The position numbers were made by a program, and so were the translations under genes. Under the pieces are notes generated by a model, which had not been told where the DNA came from, did not search any database, and saw only the letters and a list, made by a program, of their open reading frames with translations. A DNA stretch of 64,000 nucleotides from Haliotis rufescens. Its lineage: Eukaryota. The DNA is taken from NCBI RefSeq assembly GCF_023055435.1, contig NW_025963857.1, forward strand, positions 13,888,001 to 13,952,000, read 5' to 3'. Position 1 is the stretch's first letter; each line of letters begins with the position of its first letter. Of this stretch, positions 36,301-45,900 are shown one piece after another.

Positions 36301-37800
36301 TTACTCAACATTTCCAATACTTTTTCTGAATGTTCTTCATAAACATGTGCGCACAAGTAGTCATTTGGCAGAATATACTGATGCTATCAGAGCTGCAGAT
36401 AAGCAACACATTTGCGTAAAAGTAGCTAATTTCCAAAACAAAATTACGAGATAATTTACTTTCCTAGTCAAGCCTATATATTTAGAACAGTTATATCGAT
36501 CTAAAACATTATTTCATTTTTTTAAAGTCTTAAAATGTTCACTCTTTTTGGAAAAAAAACCAATAGAGTAATGAACAGATGAGCGAAAAAATATTGGTTA
36601 CCCAATGAAAAATGTAACAACCCGATCAAAATAAAGTAAAAACTCAATTGCTCAAAAAGTTATCTGGAGCTCTGTGCTATGACGTTCAATTATAACCCAT
36701 TGTATTTCACTGAAGAAGATACTGAAAAAGACTTTGATCCTTTTCATATTAACGTATCAGATCTTGAAAAAAATCTACGTGATTAAAAAACAAATGAACT
36801 TACCCGTTCAAATATATTCTTTGATGGAATATATTCCAAAATTACAATTCTGCCTGAATCTGAGCCAACAACTATGTAATCTGAAATGAATGTAGCATTA
36901 TCAATTAGTTATTTCATAATACAGAAAAACAGGCTGTTACTTGAGTGAATTCACTTAAACCATCAGCTACCAACCTGAGCGAGGAAGTGCAAGTGAGAGA
37001 GTGGGGGAAGGAGAGGACAAGGGAGTGAGGGAGTGAGAGAGTGAGCGAGCAAAGAGTGTTTCACGCCAGAGTGAGCGAGTGTTTAACGTGGCACTCCGTA
37101 ATATTCCAGCTATATGACAGTGGTCTGTAAATAAGTAAGTCTGAACCAGACAATCCAGTGATTGACATCATGGGCATTGACCTACACAATTGGGATACAA
37201 TGACACGCAGCGAACCTGACCACAAGCAGTTGCCTAATATGGCAAGCATGGGTTTTGCTGAAGATCTATTCTAACCTGGATCTTCATGGGTCAAGTGGGT
37301 TTTATGCCGCTCTCAGCAATATTTCAGCAATATCATGACGGCTTCACACATTGTATCCATATGGAGATTCGAACCCGGGACTTCAGCATGACAAGGTAGA
37401 TATGAAGTTTTTGTGCATGATTTGCGTTTTTACTTAAGAAATGGAGATACAAGGTGAGCGGTGCTGTACGTTGTGTCTGGACTTGTGTAAAGATATAATA
37501 GGATACTGCATTTCTGACACTCGTCTAAGATACGACACAAGGGCCTGTGCCCAGGGGTACTAGTTATGACCTACCTTTAGAACCTCCTGTAAGCCTGAAT
37601 GGCATGATAGCTCTGATGACACCGAACACCTCCACGGACAGCACTGGGTAGATCTTCCCCGTGTTGGGGTCATGGCGGAGAAGTTCGAGCGTCTTCCCAC
37701 GAGCTGCTATCACTTCCTGCAGTCTTGAACCGGAGAAGTTGCCGTGGATAGCAAAACTGATCCCAGAGGATCTCTGTAGGGTCAGATTGTACAGAAACAT
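6325..37800 (-). CDS. SF3B3: Splicing factor 3B subunit 3 (SAP130), complete spliced CDS, 26 coding exons, 1217 aa
   Basis: Exon translations run from [10 protein letters not shown]... to ...[14 protein letters not shown] and closely match SF3B3 as I recall it. Every junction is GT-AG and exon lengths sum to 3654 nt in frame. Confidence 0.98.
6792..7697. repeat. 47-bp minisatellite (~19 units) in the last SF3B3 intron
   Basis: Unit TTACTAACTTGTCA(AAGGG/TATGG)TGACAGGCAATATAGTTTAAAGCACTAA. Confidence 0.95.
7768..7863 (-). CDS. SF3B3: SF3B3 coding exon 25 (NVIDGDLCE...RTPSE)
   Basis: CAG/GTGAGT. Confidence 0.95.
8522..9055. mobile_element. MITE with ~55-bp imperfect terminal inverted repeats
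   Basis: TCTTCCTGAGGCAAGGGAGTTAACTGACC...TTCCACCCTTGCC and its reverse complement at 9001-9055; partial copy at ~61017-61400. Confidence 0.8.
9138..9242 (-). CDS. SF3B3: SF3B3 coding exon 24 (DHDFFQHLE...YYPVK)
   Basis: CAG/GTAAGG. Confidence 0.95.
9965..10108 (-). CDS. SF3B3: SF3B3 coding exon 23 (ADVVANFHV...FTSHE)
   Basis: CAG/GTAGCT. Confidence 0.95.
10845..10915 (-). ncRNA. Intronic box C/D snoRNA copy 1 (SNORD126-like guide to 28S rRNA)
   Basis: CACTGTGGA-G-ATGATGT(box C)-TTTCCGTGTTTCAC-CTGA(D')-ATCA-ATGATTA(C')-CAACCTGTGATG-CTGA(D)-TCCCCAGTG; terminal stem; sense to SF3B3. Confidence 0.85.
10961..11059 (-). CDS. SF3B3: SF3B3 coding exon 22 (VRLPADVSD...GASQK)
   Basis: CAG/GTGAGA. 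Confidence 0.95.
11845..11909 (-). ncRNA. Box C/D snoRNA copy 2 (single substitution in the guide: TCCCTGTTTCA)
   Basis: Same boxes with TGTGGA/TCCACA stem; one guide mismatch. Confidence 0.7.
12682..12746 (-). ncRNA. Box C/D snoRNA copy 3
   Basis: 65-nt core identical to copies 4 and 5. Confidence 0.8.
13161..13969 (+). mobile_element. Non-autonomous Helentron/HINE-like (CvA/pearl-like) element with 156-bp internal tandem repeats
   Basis: AACAAG start, ~4.3 x 156-bp repeats, (GGAC)-type microsatellite, terminal hairpin TATCCCCCGC...GCGGGGGATA. Absent from the paralogous unit (empty site TCTCAATTATAG at ~12372). Confidence 0.85.
14274..14338 (-). ncRNA. Box C/D snoRNA copy 4
   Basis: Identical core, ~60 nt downstream of the exon 21 donor. 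Confidence 0.85.
14399..14611 (-). CDS. SF3B3: SF3B3 coding exon 21 (HIPNTVVSI...FGNITI)
   Basis: CAG/GTAAGT. Confidence 0.95.
14761..15162 (-). mobile_element. tRNA-derived SINE family D (Meta/MESC-domain-like) with triplicated A-box segment
   Basis: CATACCAAAAGACGTTAAAAGAT(T/G)GTAC...GCATTAAGGG resembles the MetaSINE domain as I recall it; TSD GAGCTAAATTTAGGT. Other copies near 10172, 21655, 29680-30538, 60135-60846. Confidence 0.8.
15689..15971 (-). CDS. SF3B3: SF3B3 coding exon 20 (IALVKFANK...KCENK)
   Basis: CAG/GTGAGG. Confidence 0.95.
16345..16704 (-). pseudogene. snoRNA pseudogene split by a SINE insertion
   Basis: Removing the SINE and one TSD copy (TAGATCAGGTGAG) gives AGTGAA-GTGATGT-ATTCTTGCCTCAC-CTGA-TCTAA-GTGATT-GTGTCCTTTGCTTTG-CTGA-TCCGCACT, colinear with the family. 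Confidence 0.6.
16385..16670 (-). mobile_element. SINE family C inserted into a snoRNA copy
   Basis: TSD TAGATCAGGTGAG at 16379-16391 and 16671-16683. Confidence 0.9.
16867..17072 (-). CDS. SF3B3: SF3B3 coding exon 19 (EMIEAAREE...NEAAH)
   Basis: TAG/GTAAGC. Confidence 0.95.
17865..18039 (-). CDS. SF3B3: SF3B3 coding exon 18 (ILALEKLGA...QQMAE)
   Basis: CAG/GTGAGA. Confidence 0.95.
18450..18514 (-). ncRNA. Box C/D snoRNA copy 5
   Basis: Identical core in the intron between coding exons 17 and 18. Confidence 0.85.
18800..18954 (-). CDS. SF3B3: SF3B3 coding exon 17 (VLAMSSRTW...TNTLR)
   Basis: CAG/GTCAGT. Confidence 0.95.
19228..19332. repeat. (GAGT)n microsatellite (expanded SINE-type tail); a second one lies at 19952-20044
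   Basis: Direct reading. Confidence 0.95.
19579..19708. other. Assembly gap (130 N)
   Basis: N run between two SINE-type repeats. Confidence 1.
20530..20652 (-). CDS. SF3B3: SF3B3 coding exon 16 (NGVLLRTV...QGAEA)
   Basis: CAG/GTAAGT. Confidence 0.95.
21076..21219 (-). CDS. SF3B3: SF3B3 coding exon 15 (DCLSPLSMQ...NIGLQ)
   Basis: CAG/GTACAG. Confidence 0.95.
21301..21643. mobile_element. Tc1/mariner-superfamily MITE with TA TSD
   Basis: TA|CAGTATTCACCGCAATAAGCGCCC ... GGGCGCTTATTACGTCGAATACGG|TA. Confidence 0.8.
22163..22318 (-). CDS. SF3B3: SF3B3 coding exon 14 (TGQLNEYT...SLDPS)
   Basis: CAG/GTATGT. Confidence 0.95.
22388..22452 (-). ncRNA. Divergent snoRNA copy 6 (guide, D', C' and D intact; box C degenerate)
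   Basis: CCACA-GAAATTA-TTTCCGTGTTTCAC-CTGA-ATTA-ATGATTA-CGATAATGAATTG-CTGA-TA-TGTGG. Confidence 0.55.
22779..22934 (-). CDS. SF3B3: SF3B3 coding exon 13 (IYPDGIRH...FEMDP)
   Basis: CAG/GTATGC. Confidence 0.95.
23055..23302 (-). mobile_element. Retroposon family A, single-hairpin subfamily copy
   Basis: TSD AACAATGCAAGA. Confidence 0.88.
23634..23785 (-). CDS. SF3B3: SF3B3 coding exon 12 (EYDAYIIVS...DALVQ)
   Basis: CAG/GTATTA. Confidence 0.95.
25391..25809. mobile_element. MITE with ~35-bp imperfect TIRs
   Basis: TAGTTCTCGCGACTGCAAAACCAAGATGAGGACATC versus GATGTCCTCAGATCTTTGTTTAGCAGTAGCGAGAACTA. Confidence 0.75.
26230..26302 (-). CDS. SF3B3: SF3B3 coding exon 11 ([24 protein letters not shown])
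   Basis: TAG/GTAAAC; not in the ORF track, found by reading the sequence. Confidence 0.95.
27308..27403 (-). CDS. SF3B3: SF3B3 coding exon 10 (IADLANEDT...RHGLE)
   Basis: CAG/GTACGA. Confidence 0.95.
27552..27671. mobile_element. Small foldback/MITE inserted in a family A copy
   Basis: AAAATCTCACCC...GGGTGAGATTTT, plus inner CAAGTTGATAAAAGTGG/CCACTTTTATCAACTTG. Confidence 0.65.
28025..28190 (-). CDS. SF3B3: SF3B3 coding exon 9 (HLYQIAHLG...IMTCQ)
   Basis: CAG/GTATGG. Confidence 0.95.
29216..29319 (-). CDS. SF3B3: SF3B3 coding exon 8 (VTEIRLKYF...SEFGN)
   Basis: CAG/GTGAGT. Confidence 0.95.
29731..30236. mobile_element. MITE with 17-bp TIR CAGAGCTCCAGATAAGC and 6-bp TSD ACTTAT, nested in SINE D
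   Basis: Perfect TIRs; the SINE D sequence resumes exactly after the TSD. Confidence 0.9.
30699..30836 (-). CDS. SF3B3: SF3B3 coding exon 7 (YDLDDPERG...TDEDM)
   Basis: CAG/GTATGT. Confidence 0.95.
31333..31599 (-). mobile_element. Retroposon family A, full-length copy
   Basis: TSD TAAACACTCGATTG; (AACC/AAAC)n tail. Confidence 0.9.
31953..32065 (-). CDS. SF3B3: SF3B3 coding exon 6 (VPGGNDGPS...IPRRR)
   Basis: CAG/GTGAGG. Confidence 0.95.
32659..32800 (-). CDS. SF3B3: SF3B3 coding exon 5 (EADSDHTGE...NFLIS)
   Basis: TAG/GTACAT. Confidence 0.95.
33316..33488 (-). CDS. SF3B3: SF3B3 coding exon 4 (AIEKQKLVY...LEIDYE)
   Basis: CAG/GTACAT. Confidence 0.95.
33663..35888. repeat. ~2.2-kb minisatellite with an 18-21-bp unit CCTCACAGCCCACA(C/T)CCC(G/A)
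   Basis: Direct reading; G-rich on the SF3B3 sense strand. Confidence 0.97.
36155..36248 (-). CDS. SF3B3: SF3B3 coding exon 3 ([13 protein letters not shown]...AVMI)
   Basis: TAG/GTGAGT. Confidence 0.95.
36388..36674. mobile_element. MITE of the same TIR family, 6-bp TSD TGCTAT
   Basis: TGCTAT|CAGAGCTGCAGATAAGC...TTATCTGGAGCTCTG|TGCTAT. Confidence 0.88.
36804..36880 (-). CDS. SF3B3: SF3B3 coding exon 2 ([11 protein letters not shown]...NIFER)
   Basis: CAG/GTAAGT; phase consistent. Confidence 0.95.
37575..37800 (-). CDS. SF3B3: SF3B3 coding exon 1 ([10 protein letters not shown]...LTGGSK)
   Basis: ATG at 37800; acceptor CAG 37810-37812; donor GTAGGT. Confidence 0.95.
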
Positions 37801-39172
37801 TTTGTGGATCTGAAAACATAGAAAAAAAAGAGTTAAATCGTCGTACTTTCAATACAAGCATTATATATATACATGCTATAATTTTCTGCTCTGACGTAAT
37901 TTTCTTTGAAAAGCCAGCTTGTTGATACAAGTCACCAATTTGAAACTGAAAGAGCAATGTTCATGACTTATTTTCACTAAAGAAAAACAGCCGTGTTAAA
38001 TGTTGCAGTCAGAATTATTTAAACTATATCACAGAAGCCAGTAGAGACGTAATGGTTCTCTATGTTTGGTGCATTGTGACAAATCAGGTGCCAAATGAGT
38101 ATTAGATTGGTAAGTCATGTATTGACAGGAGTACAAATTTATCAAGAATATAAAGATGACATGACCTGCTCAGCTCCATTTTGCATTACCGTATTTTCTT
38201 AAGTATAGTGTGCACCCAAGCATAATGCGCACCCCCCTCTGGGGAAAACAATATTTTGGATGCCAGCAAAATTGACAAAAAGGAACATACAGTATTGAAA
38301 TTCACGTAATGGCTTGGCCGTGGTGCCTTGTATTTTCCCGATAAAAAAGATCAACATTATAGAGGAAGAGCCTTGTGCTTAAATTTACATTATTGCACTT
38401 AGTTTGGAATCTAAGAAATATCCTCGAGGCTGGCATATTGCAAAGTGCAGTGTAAAACAAGAAACTAATGAACAAATGCAACAAGCCAGTGGGGTCATAA
38501 CAAAGTGATAATTTGTTAGCAAGGTTTGTTAGGTAAATCAGATTACTTAGGCCTAATTCCAATATGCATGATAACTAACTTATAATGGGGTCATATTCAA
38601 AGATTAATATTAGCCAATGTCAGCAATGGTCTCAATGTTCAACGGTTATTGTAGAAACGCTGAAATTGAAAGAGGACCCTAAGAACGTAGATGGTTAGAG
38701 TCATAGGGTAGAATGCCATCCTTTGAGTTCCAAATCATTAATACTCCCCATTTGTTACACTCGTTCTACAAATTAGGGAACATGGCCAATATATGGTTGC
38801 TAATAAGGAATAGATCTGGCATTTAAGTCTCCCCAAATAGATCTACAAATGGTTATTTTTTCTGCTTTAGCAATGAATCGCTGAAAGTCATTTTTTGTGA
38901 ATTTTGTGCAATAATAACACGTATCAATTTGGACATAAGTGAGAAGAAAGGTATGCTATCTTATTCTTTGCATTGCACTGAATGGTTGATGTGCTGGTCT
39001 GCGTGTATTTCTTTGTTTCGAATATGGCTATATATAAACATTGAAAGTGTTATCTAAGTATTGGTGTTACGGAAACGTTATATATACACATCGTTTCAAA
39101 TGCTGTCACATTCTGCACAAATCGAAAATGAATATAAACGCACTGAACTCCGGAAGAGAAATAATTTCTAAC

Positions 39173-39260
39173 CTAATTCTTTGTTGGTGTTTGTGCCGGT
39201 TTTTCTTCACAGGCGGACGGTAAACTTTCGGCAAAACCGTTACAGTTTAACCGCAGCTGA
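39173..39260 (-). other. SF3B3: Probable non-coding first exon of SF3B3 (5' boundary uncertain)
   Basis: Coding exon 1 has a splice acceptor 9 nt before the ATG, so an upstream exon must exist. A CpG-containing stretch ends in AG|GTTAGA at 39172. Confidence 0.45.
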
Positions 39261-39821
39261 AGTCATAATTTCAAAAAACGATATTTGCACAGTTTATAAG
39301 TGCATTTGTGCATCGATGACAATGGATTGTTATCCGAGTTTCTACATTTCACGCTGTATGTATTCAAATCGTCGCATTACTTCCGTTACCCACAATTCAA
39401 CCGCACTTTCAATGAAACTACTTTCATCAACAGTACTAGCTCTTTACTTCGTAAAGTAATGAGTATAGGAATAAGTAGATGTCCTCTTTGTTCATAATTA
39501 ACGTTATAATGCACATCACTAACATTGCCGTCGTCGAATATCAGAAAGAAGTTTTACCTTGTAAGTGCCAGTTTATAATGATGAATATTCAAAGTCATTT
39601 TCAGACTTAATTATTATATATCTTGTGCTCTAATAAACTTTGTGAATATGAAGCTAATGTGAAGTACGCGATTAAATCATTGTATATAATGGAAGATCAA
39701 TAACGCGACTTACAAGGAGTGAAACGTTTTTTTGTGGCGGCAAAAAGCAAGAAGGCGATTGACATCTTGTTGTAATCAGATTTAGTTGTAAAGGAAATAG
39801 TATTCATTCAACCAAAATGGC
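39173..39821. promoter_or_regulatory. Bidirectional promoter region between SF3B3 and COG4
   Basis: Divergent gene starts in a SINE-free, CpG-containing stretch; ETS-type ACTTCCG at 39379-39385; YY1-type AAAATGGCG over the COG4 ATG (39813-39821). Confidence 0.7.
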
Positions 39822-39927
39822 GACGTCCATGGGCGATGCCACGTCCTCGACGTCGTTGGATACAGTTGAAAATTTGACAGATTTAGAAGCTATTCAAAAG
39901 GCATTCGATGAATTATGCAATGAAGAG
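39817..39927 (+). CDS. COG4: COG4 exon 1 (MATSMGD...LCNEE)
   Basis: ATG in AAAATGG context; donor GTAATG. Confidence 0.9.
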
Positions 39928-42900
39928 GTAATGTATATACCCAAGATATTGTTGCACTCATTAGTTTTGCTTACACGTTTTCAAGTCACATAAATGCGAC
40001 TGTCTCTTCACCCGGTCGACAACTTCAGCAGTTTTCATAATCAGAGGCCCATGTCTTTTGACAATTTTAGATTAAAAACAGCCAGTGTCAACCGTGTAAT
40101 GACAACACTATTACAGTGGCAGATATCATATATTGCAGCAATGCTATCAAAGTTGTCCGTGGGTCTTTCATTTTTTAACAACACCAACACTTCGACAAAT
40201 ATCATTTTGTTTTGATCATGTAGGCCTGATGTCACTGTTGGCAGTAGCGAGAGGAGAGTCCAGACATGTCGTCCCATGGCTTTTAATACAATGCCAACTG
40301 ATGAACATAATATCATGTTTATCTAAACAACGAAAGAGATAAAAGTTTAATTACTATTGTACGTCCACCTTCGCAAATATATATTGATCTGGACTTGTGA
40401 TTGTTATGTTGGAAACTGTCAAAAGTTCGAAGGACACTTATTAACACACCAAGCGTTCTTCCTATTACAGAAATATCCTTTTTTTGGAAATTTCTGCCGA
40501 AATTAAATTGTATTATATGATATCATGCTTTAAACTTTTTAATTCATAAATTTATAAAGGTGTGAGGTGACAAAACCTCAATGCCATATTTTAGAAGTAC
40601 TATAGTATCCTCACATCACGTGGTATTTTAAATCTTTGAACACGGGAGAAGGTTGTAAGGTCGTCAAGAAAATCTCAAGGGTTTTTGGCAGTGAATGATG
40701 TGTGTTAATGGAATGCCGCTCCTGTGCCGCTATTTAACTACCCTTCTTAAATCAGGATATTCCTTGGATTAAAGCAGACCCAGAAATATAAATAATTTGT
40801 CACACATGCCACCCATGCTTTCTATATCGTTGAATCCATGTCTTCATTACTTCTGGTTTTGTCCCAAATATATAACACTCTTTGGAATTGTTCATACTAA
40901 AATCCTTTCCTTGGTATGTACTGTACCAGACAATCTGACAACTTACAATGTTTTGTTCATGGGAATACTTGTGTTATAATGAATAAAGTTGCCATGTTTA
41001 ACACCTCCATCAATAGAGAATGAACTACAGATACTAAACAGACAATGTTTAGGGACACACAAACAGGTCAAACAACTGACAATTATGAAGTGCCAAGTGT
41101 CTTTATGACCAAATTCAAGGAGTGTCTCACAGCCATGCTCCTTTGGCGATTGTGACCTTGAGCCAAGTCAAGTGGCCTTGAACTTTGACCAGAGTCGTCA
41201 AGATGTCTCTACTCATAATTGTTTCCCCAAACAACCCTGCTAGAATCACTTGCATATATCTTGATAATATTATGCTATTTTACAATAACAAAGTAATTGT
41301 CGTTTTAGATGACAGTTGAGGATGAGTTGAAGGGGTTGCTGGATCATCAATCTCGGCTAGAGAGCAAGATGGTTGGTCTTCACAAAGCCCTGTGAGTAAC
41401 CATGGTAACAACAGAATAGATCAACAACAAGCAGAGTATTTCAAATCAAATCAGTTAAATTGAAAGTAATGATCAGTGCTATCCCAGTGCATCGTTGAAT
41501 ATTGTTGAGTGTTATCATTTGTTTGTGGTTTATCACTGCACTTAACAATATTCCAGCTATTTGTCTGTAGATATATAAGTCTGGACCATCAAATTGTTCT
41601 GTAGATAATTGAGTCAGGACCATCCAGTCCTGTGATTGATGTTATAAGCAACATTTGTGTGAAAAATATAAGTTACATCTCTGTTGACAAATTGACACTG
41701 ACTTTGATGTCACTGATTATCAGATTACACAAGAAAAAGAAACTGGGGAGGACTTGATCATGACAGATATGTTAAAACAATTAATGACTGTTAGAGCATT
41801 AGAATGTTTTGAATTAGGGTTTTTTTGGCAATAATATTTAATATACAAACACGTAAATCCTCGTTGAAGTCCTGATTGGAAACATCTGCAGGGTTTTACA
41901 TTGTTTTGCCAAAATGGCAGTCATGATGAATCACCACATATTTATGGGGGTGTGTGGGACGGTGGGATAGCCTGGTGGTTAATATCACGCACATCACGCC
42001 AAAGACCCAGGTTTGATTCCCCACATGGGTACAATGTGTGAAGCCCATTTCTGGTGTCCCTGCTGTGATATTGCTGGAATATTGCTTAAAGCGGCATAAA
42101 ACCATACTCACCCACTCACCATAGGGATGTGTGTGTGTGTGTGTCAATTCCTAAATTTTGGAGTCATGATTTTCTTTACACTGATCACTGCTGATAGAGT
42201 TCAGTCTCATTTAATTCAGAAAGTTTGTAGGTTTGCTTTATTTTAAACAACTAGTGGAGCAGCGGTCTGTATTTGAATAGAAGATAATGTAAATACTCAG
42301 CCTGAAGTTAGCATGGTTAGATTTCTTTAGTACATTTATTCAACAGTTACTCGTATTCAAAACTTTTGCAAGTGTTCCAGGAAATTATTGCATCAAATAC
42401 CCTGTAATTATGGGTCCTGTATTACCCTGTATCTGTGAGTTTCCTGCTGCAGCCCGAACCTGCAGATCCTGCAGACAGACTCCCGGCAGCTGAGCAGCAT
42501 GATCTCCTTCACCTCCACGCTGGCCGACAACGTCAGCAGTAAAGTCAGGAAACTCGACCTCGCCAAGGTAACGACTGGGCCACTGACGGCAATATTACAA
42601 GCAAGACTTCAACAATTTCTATGATGAAACTGTCGTTTGGTTCTTGGTCACCATGTTGTAAAATGAGGATTGGATGGGTGTATTTGAGTGCTGTGACTAC
42701 TCCTGAGAAATGCAGTGTTGAAATCATATTATGCATTCCAGAATTAACCAGATTATGTTACACACACTGAGTTTTCCAAAGTACAAAAGCAAATATCAGA
42801 TAATGTTTCAGTTTCCCAGTAGCAAGGTATTAAGCTGTTGGAGATGCCTGAAATGGACTTATATGACAAATGTTTTTAGTTAATTGAATGTTTTGATTTT

Positions 42901-45900
42901 CCAGAGCCGTGTTTCTGACTGTATAGAGCGGGTGGAGGATATTCTTGATCTCAAATTCTGTACTGATGGGGTACAAACTGCTCTGCAGAATGAAGATTAT
43001 GAAAAGGTAACAATCCAGTGTTTTGTGTTCACGCAAGTCACCATGGTTACAATTTGATCATCTTAGTATTTTGGCAGCTTAAATTTTGTCGCTCTCCTCA
43101 TTTGAGATGACAGGAACAATCTGTAAAATATCTTCTTGTAAAATAAATTTTACCCTATTTTTTTATCTTGCATTATAAAATTGAAGTTCAGTGTTTATTT
43201 ATATTTGATTTGGTTTCTATCTGTGAGGGGGCATAGTTCAAAGGTACTACAATTTGCTGTGCACTGCAGAGTTCTTAGCTGTGCCAAGATCTGCTGATTG
43301 TGGGCTTGAATACACTTTGCCCCAGTTGTCTCCCTTGGTCCGTCTGCACCTGTAGGGGTTTCAGCAGTGTCATAAATGATTCAAAATGTACACTCCATCA
43401 TTTCCAGTTTCCTCCCACATAAAGCCAACACATCATGATATATCCGAAATATACTACTCAAAAGAAATTAAGGACCACTCAATTCTTTTATGTTACTATA
43501 GTTAATCTGTCATTGGTGGTCCTTAACTTCTTATCAGTAGTATAGTTTTCAAAGCCGTGGTAGTTCCAATACTCTCCCTATGTATAAACTGATGGTGGGA
43601 TGGCCTATAAGTTATTGCAGAACTTATCATGCAGATTGCCCAAGCTCAATTTTCATTTGGGGTACAATGTGTGAAGCCCGTTTCCACTGTTTCTTGCCAT
43701 GCTATCTCACTCACTCACTTGTGTTTTAGGCTGCCGGCCATATCCATCGATACCGAAATCTGGACGAGTCAGTTCTTAGAATGAGTGCTGATAATGATGA
43801 AGGTGGGTCATCACTGTTGATCACATACCTTCTGTAAAACCATGTATCTTTGCTCAGGAGATCCAGCCTCAACTGGCCTCATTTATTCAACACCTTAGTG
43901 GCGGTGGGGTAGCCTAGTGGTTAAAGCGTTCGCTCCTCATGCCGAAGGCCCGGGTTTGATTCCCTATATGGGTACAATGTGTGAAGCCCACTTCTGGTGT
44001 CCCTTGCTGTGATATTGCTGGAATATTGCAAAAACTGGCTTAAAACCCAACTCACTCACTCATTTACTCTCGTCACCTTACCGTTTTACTCAAACATACT
44101 TTTTTATTGCTTGTAAGCACTTGTAATGATAAAAGACAAGGTATAAAAATTACTCATTTTGGCCAACAGAAAACAGTACTGAATAATGATTAATATGTTC
44201 TTTTTATCCCCCTGAAAAACAGGATATAATTAGCATGTCTGTCCTCCATCCATTTTTTGTTTCCGGAACAGAATTCTTAAACCATTAAATATTTCTTTAT
44301 GAAACTTGCTATACAGATTAGTCTAGTGGTCATCTGGTGCCTTTTGATGATTTGGAATATTGATAATAACTGAACAGCATTATTTTTTTCTTCTCTGAAC
44401 TGAAGCTATCCAATTGTAATGAACTAAAAATCGCCAAAATCCATTTGCAAATTGTACCAGATCCTATTTCTAATCCCACTTTGCTCCGCGTTTATCTAAA
44501 TTGCTGCAAGTCACTGCATCCCTTAGGTACACAAGAAACCTATGATTGGGGGTTCGAATCCCTGGTCATGCCTGATTATCTTTCGAGGTTAGCCAGTACC
44601 ATATCCATGCTCGTGGGTTTCACCGAACTGATAAACCCCTGAAACCTGCATCACCTGGGGCTTTCCCCCCACATCAAGCTGACACGCCATGATATACCTG
44701 GAATATTGTTAAAAGCGTCATGAAACCCAACTCACTCACTCACTTAACCACATCAGCGGGGTAGAATAGGTCTTCAGCAACCCATGTTTGTCCTAATAGG
44801 CGATTATTCTTGTCGTATGCATGACTAACGTGATTGTTGTAAGAGGCAACTAATGAGATCAGGTGGTCTGGCTCGCTGACTTGGTTGATGCATGTCCTCG
44901 TTACCCCAATTGCGTGGATTGATGCTTATAATGTCAATCACTGGATTTAACAAACTCGATTATTTACAGACCGCTGTCATATAGCTTGAATATTGCTGAG
45001 TGCCGCGTTAAACAACAAACAAACAAAACTCACTCACTCAATCACTCAATCACTCACTCAAAACGCAGTGATCATCGACAATAACTAGGTGACATCTGTG
45101 ACAGGTGGGACACTGGACATCTCCTTCAAGCTGCTGCATGAGGCAGAGGACAAACTCAAGGCCATCGTCACCTCCAAGTTTGATGCTGCTGTCCACTCCG
45201 AGGATGTGGCATCTGTAGAGCGATTCTTCAAGATATTCCCGTTGCTGGGGCAACATGAAGAAGGACTCACTAAATTTGGAAAATATTTGGCTAAAAAGGT
45301 ACAAAGAACTGATTAAGTGTTCATTCAATCTCACTAACATCAGATCTTTTAATCCCATGAGATACATCTCTGTCAAGATGTAAATTAAAGGAGATTGTTC
45401 AACAATTTATGCATGTGAAGACGCTCATGTCAGGGTTCCTAAAACATGAAGCAGTTTTTAATATATGCAGTCAATATTAGCAGGACATTTTTGCTGTTAA
45501 TTGGCACAGCGACTCATTGGTCTGAAATGTTATTCACTGACTTTCTTTGTCTTGTGTTTAAGCCTCTCTGTCAGAATGTGAATGACAATTATCTCATAAT
45601 CGTGACACTCATGCTAATTACTGATATTTCCCAAGACCTGAAGTAGGAAATATAGGTTTATTGCCACTTGCATAAAGAACGTGAGTGTGAAATGACATCA
45701 CCATGTATTTCCCAGCTGTCTGAGAATGCTGACAATCAGATGAAGCTTGCTCTGCACATGGACAGTGATGACAAGCGGGCCAAGGTGCTGTTTGCAGACA
45801 CCATCACTCTGCTGTTTGAGAGTATCGCTCGAGTCGTGGAGATACATCAGCCATTAGTAGAAACATATTATGGTAGGTATGATACACATACAGGGGTGCT

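Noticed and set aside
6325-37800. SNORD111 orthologue expected from the human host gene
   Set aside because: I found no matching guide or box arrangement by eye; a covariance-model search would be needed to exclude it
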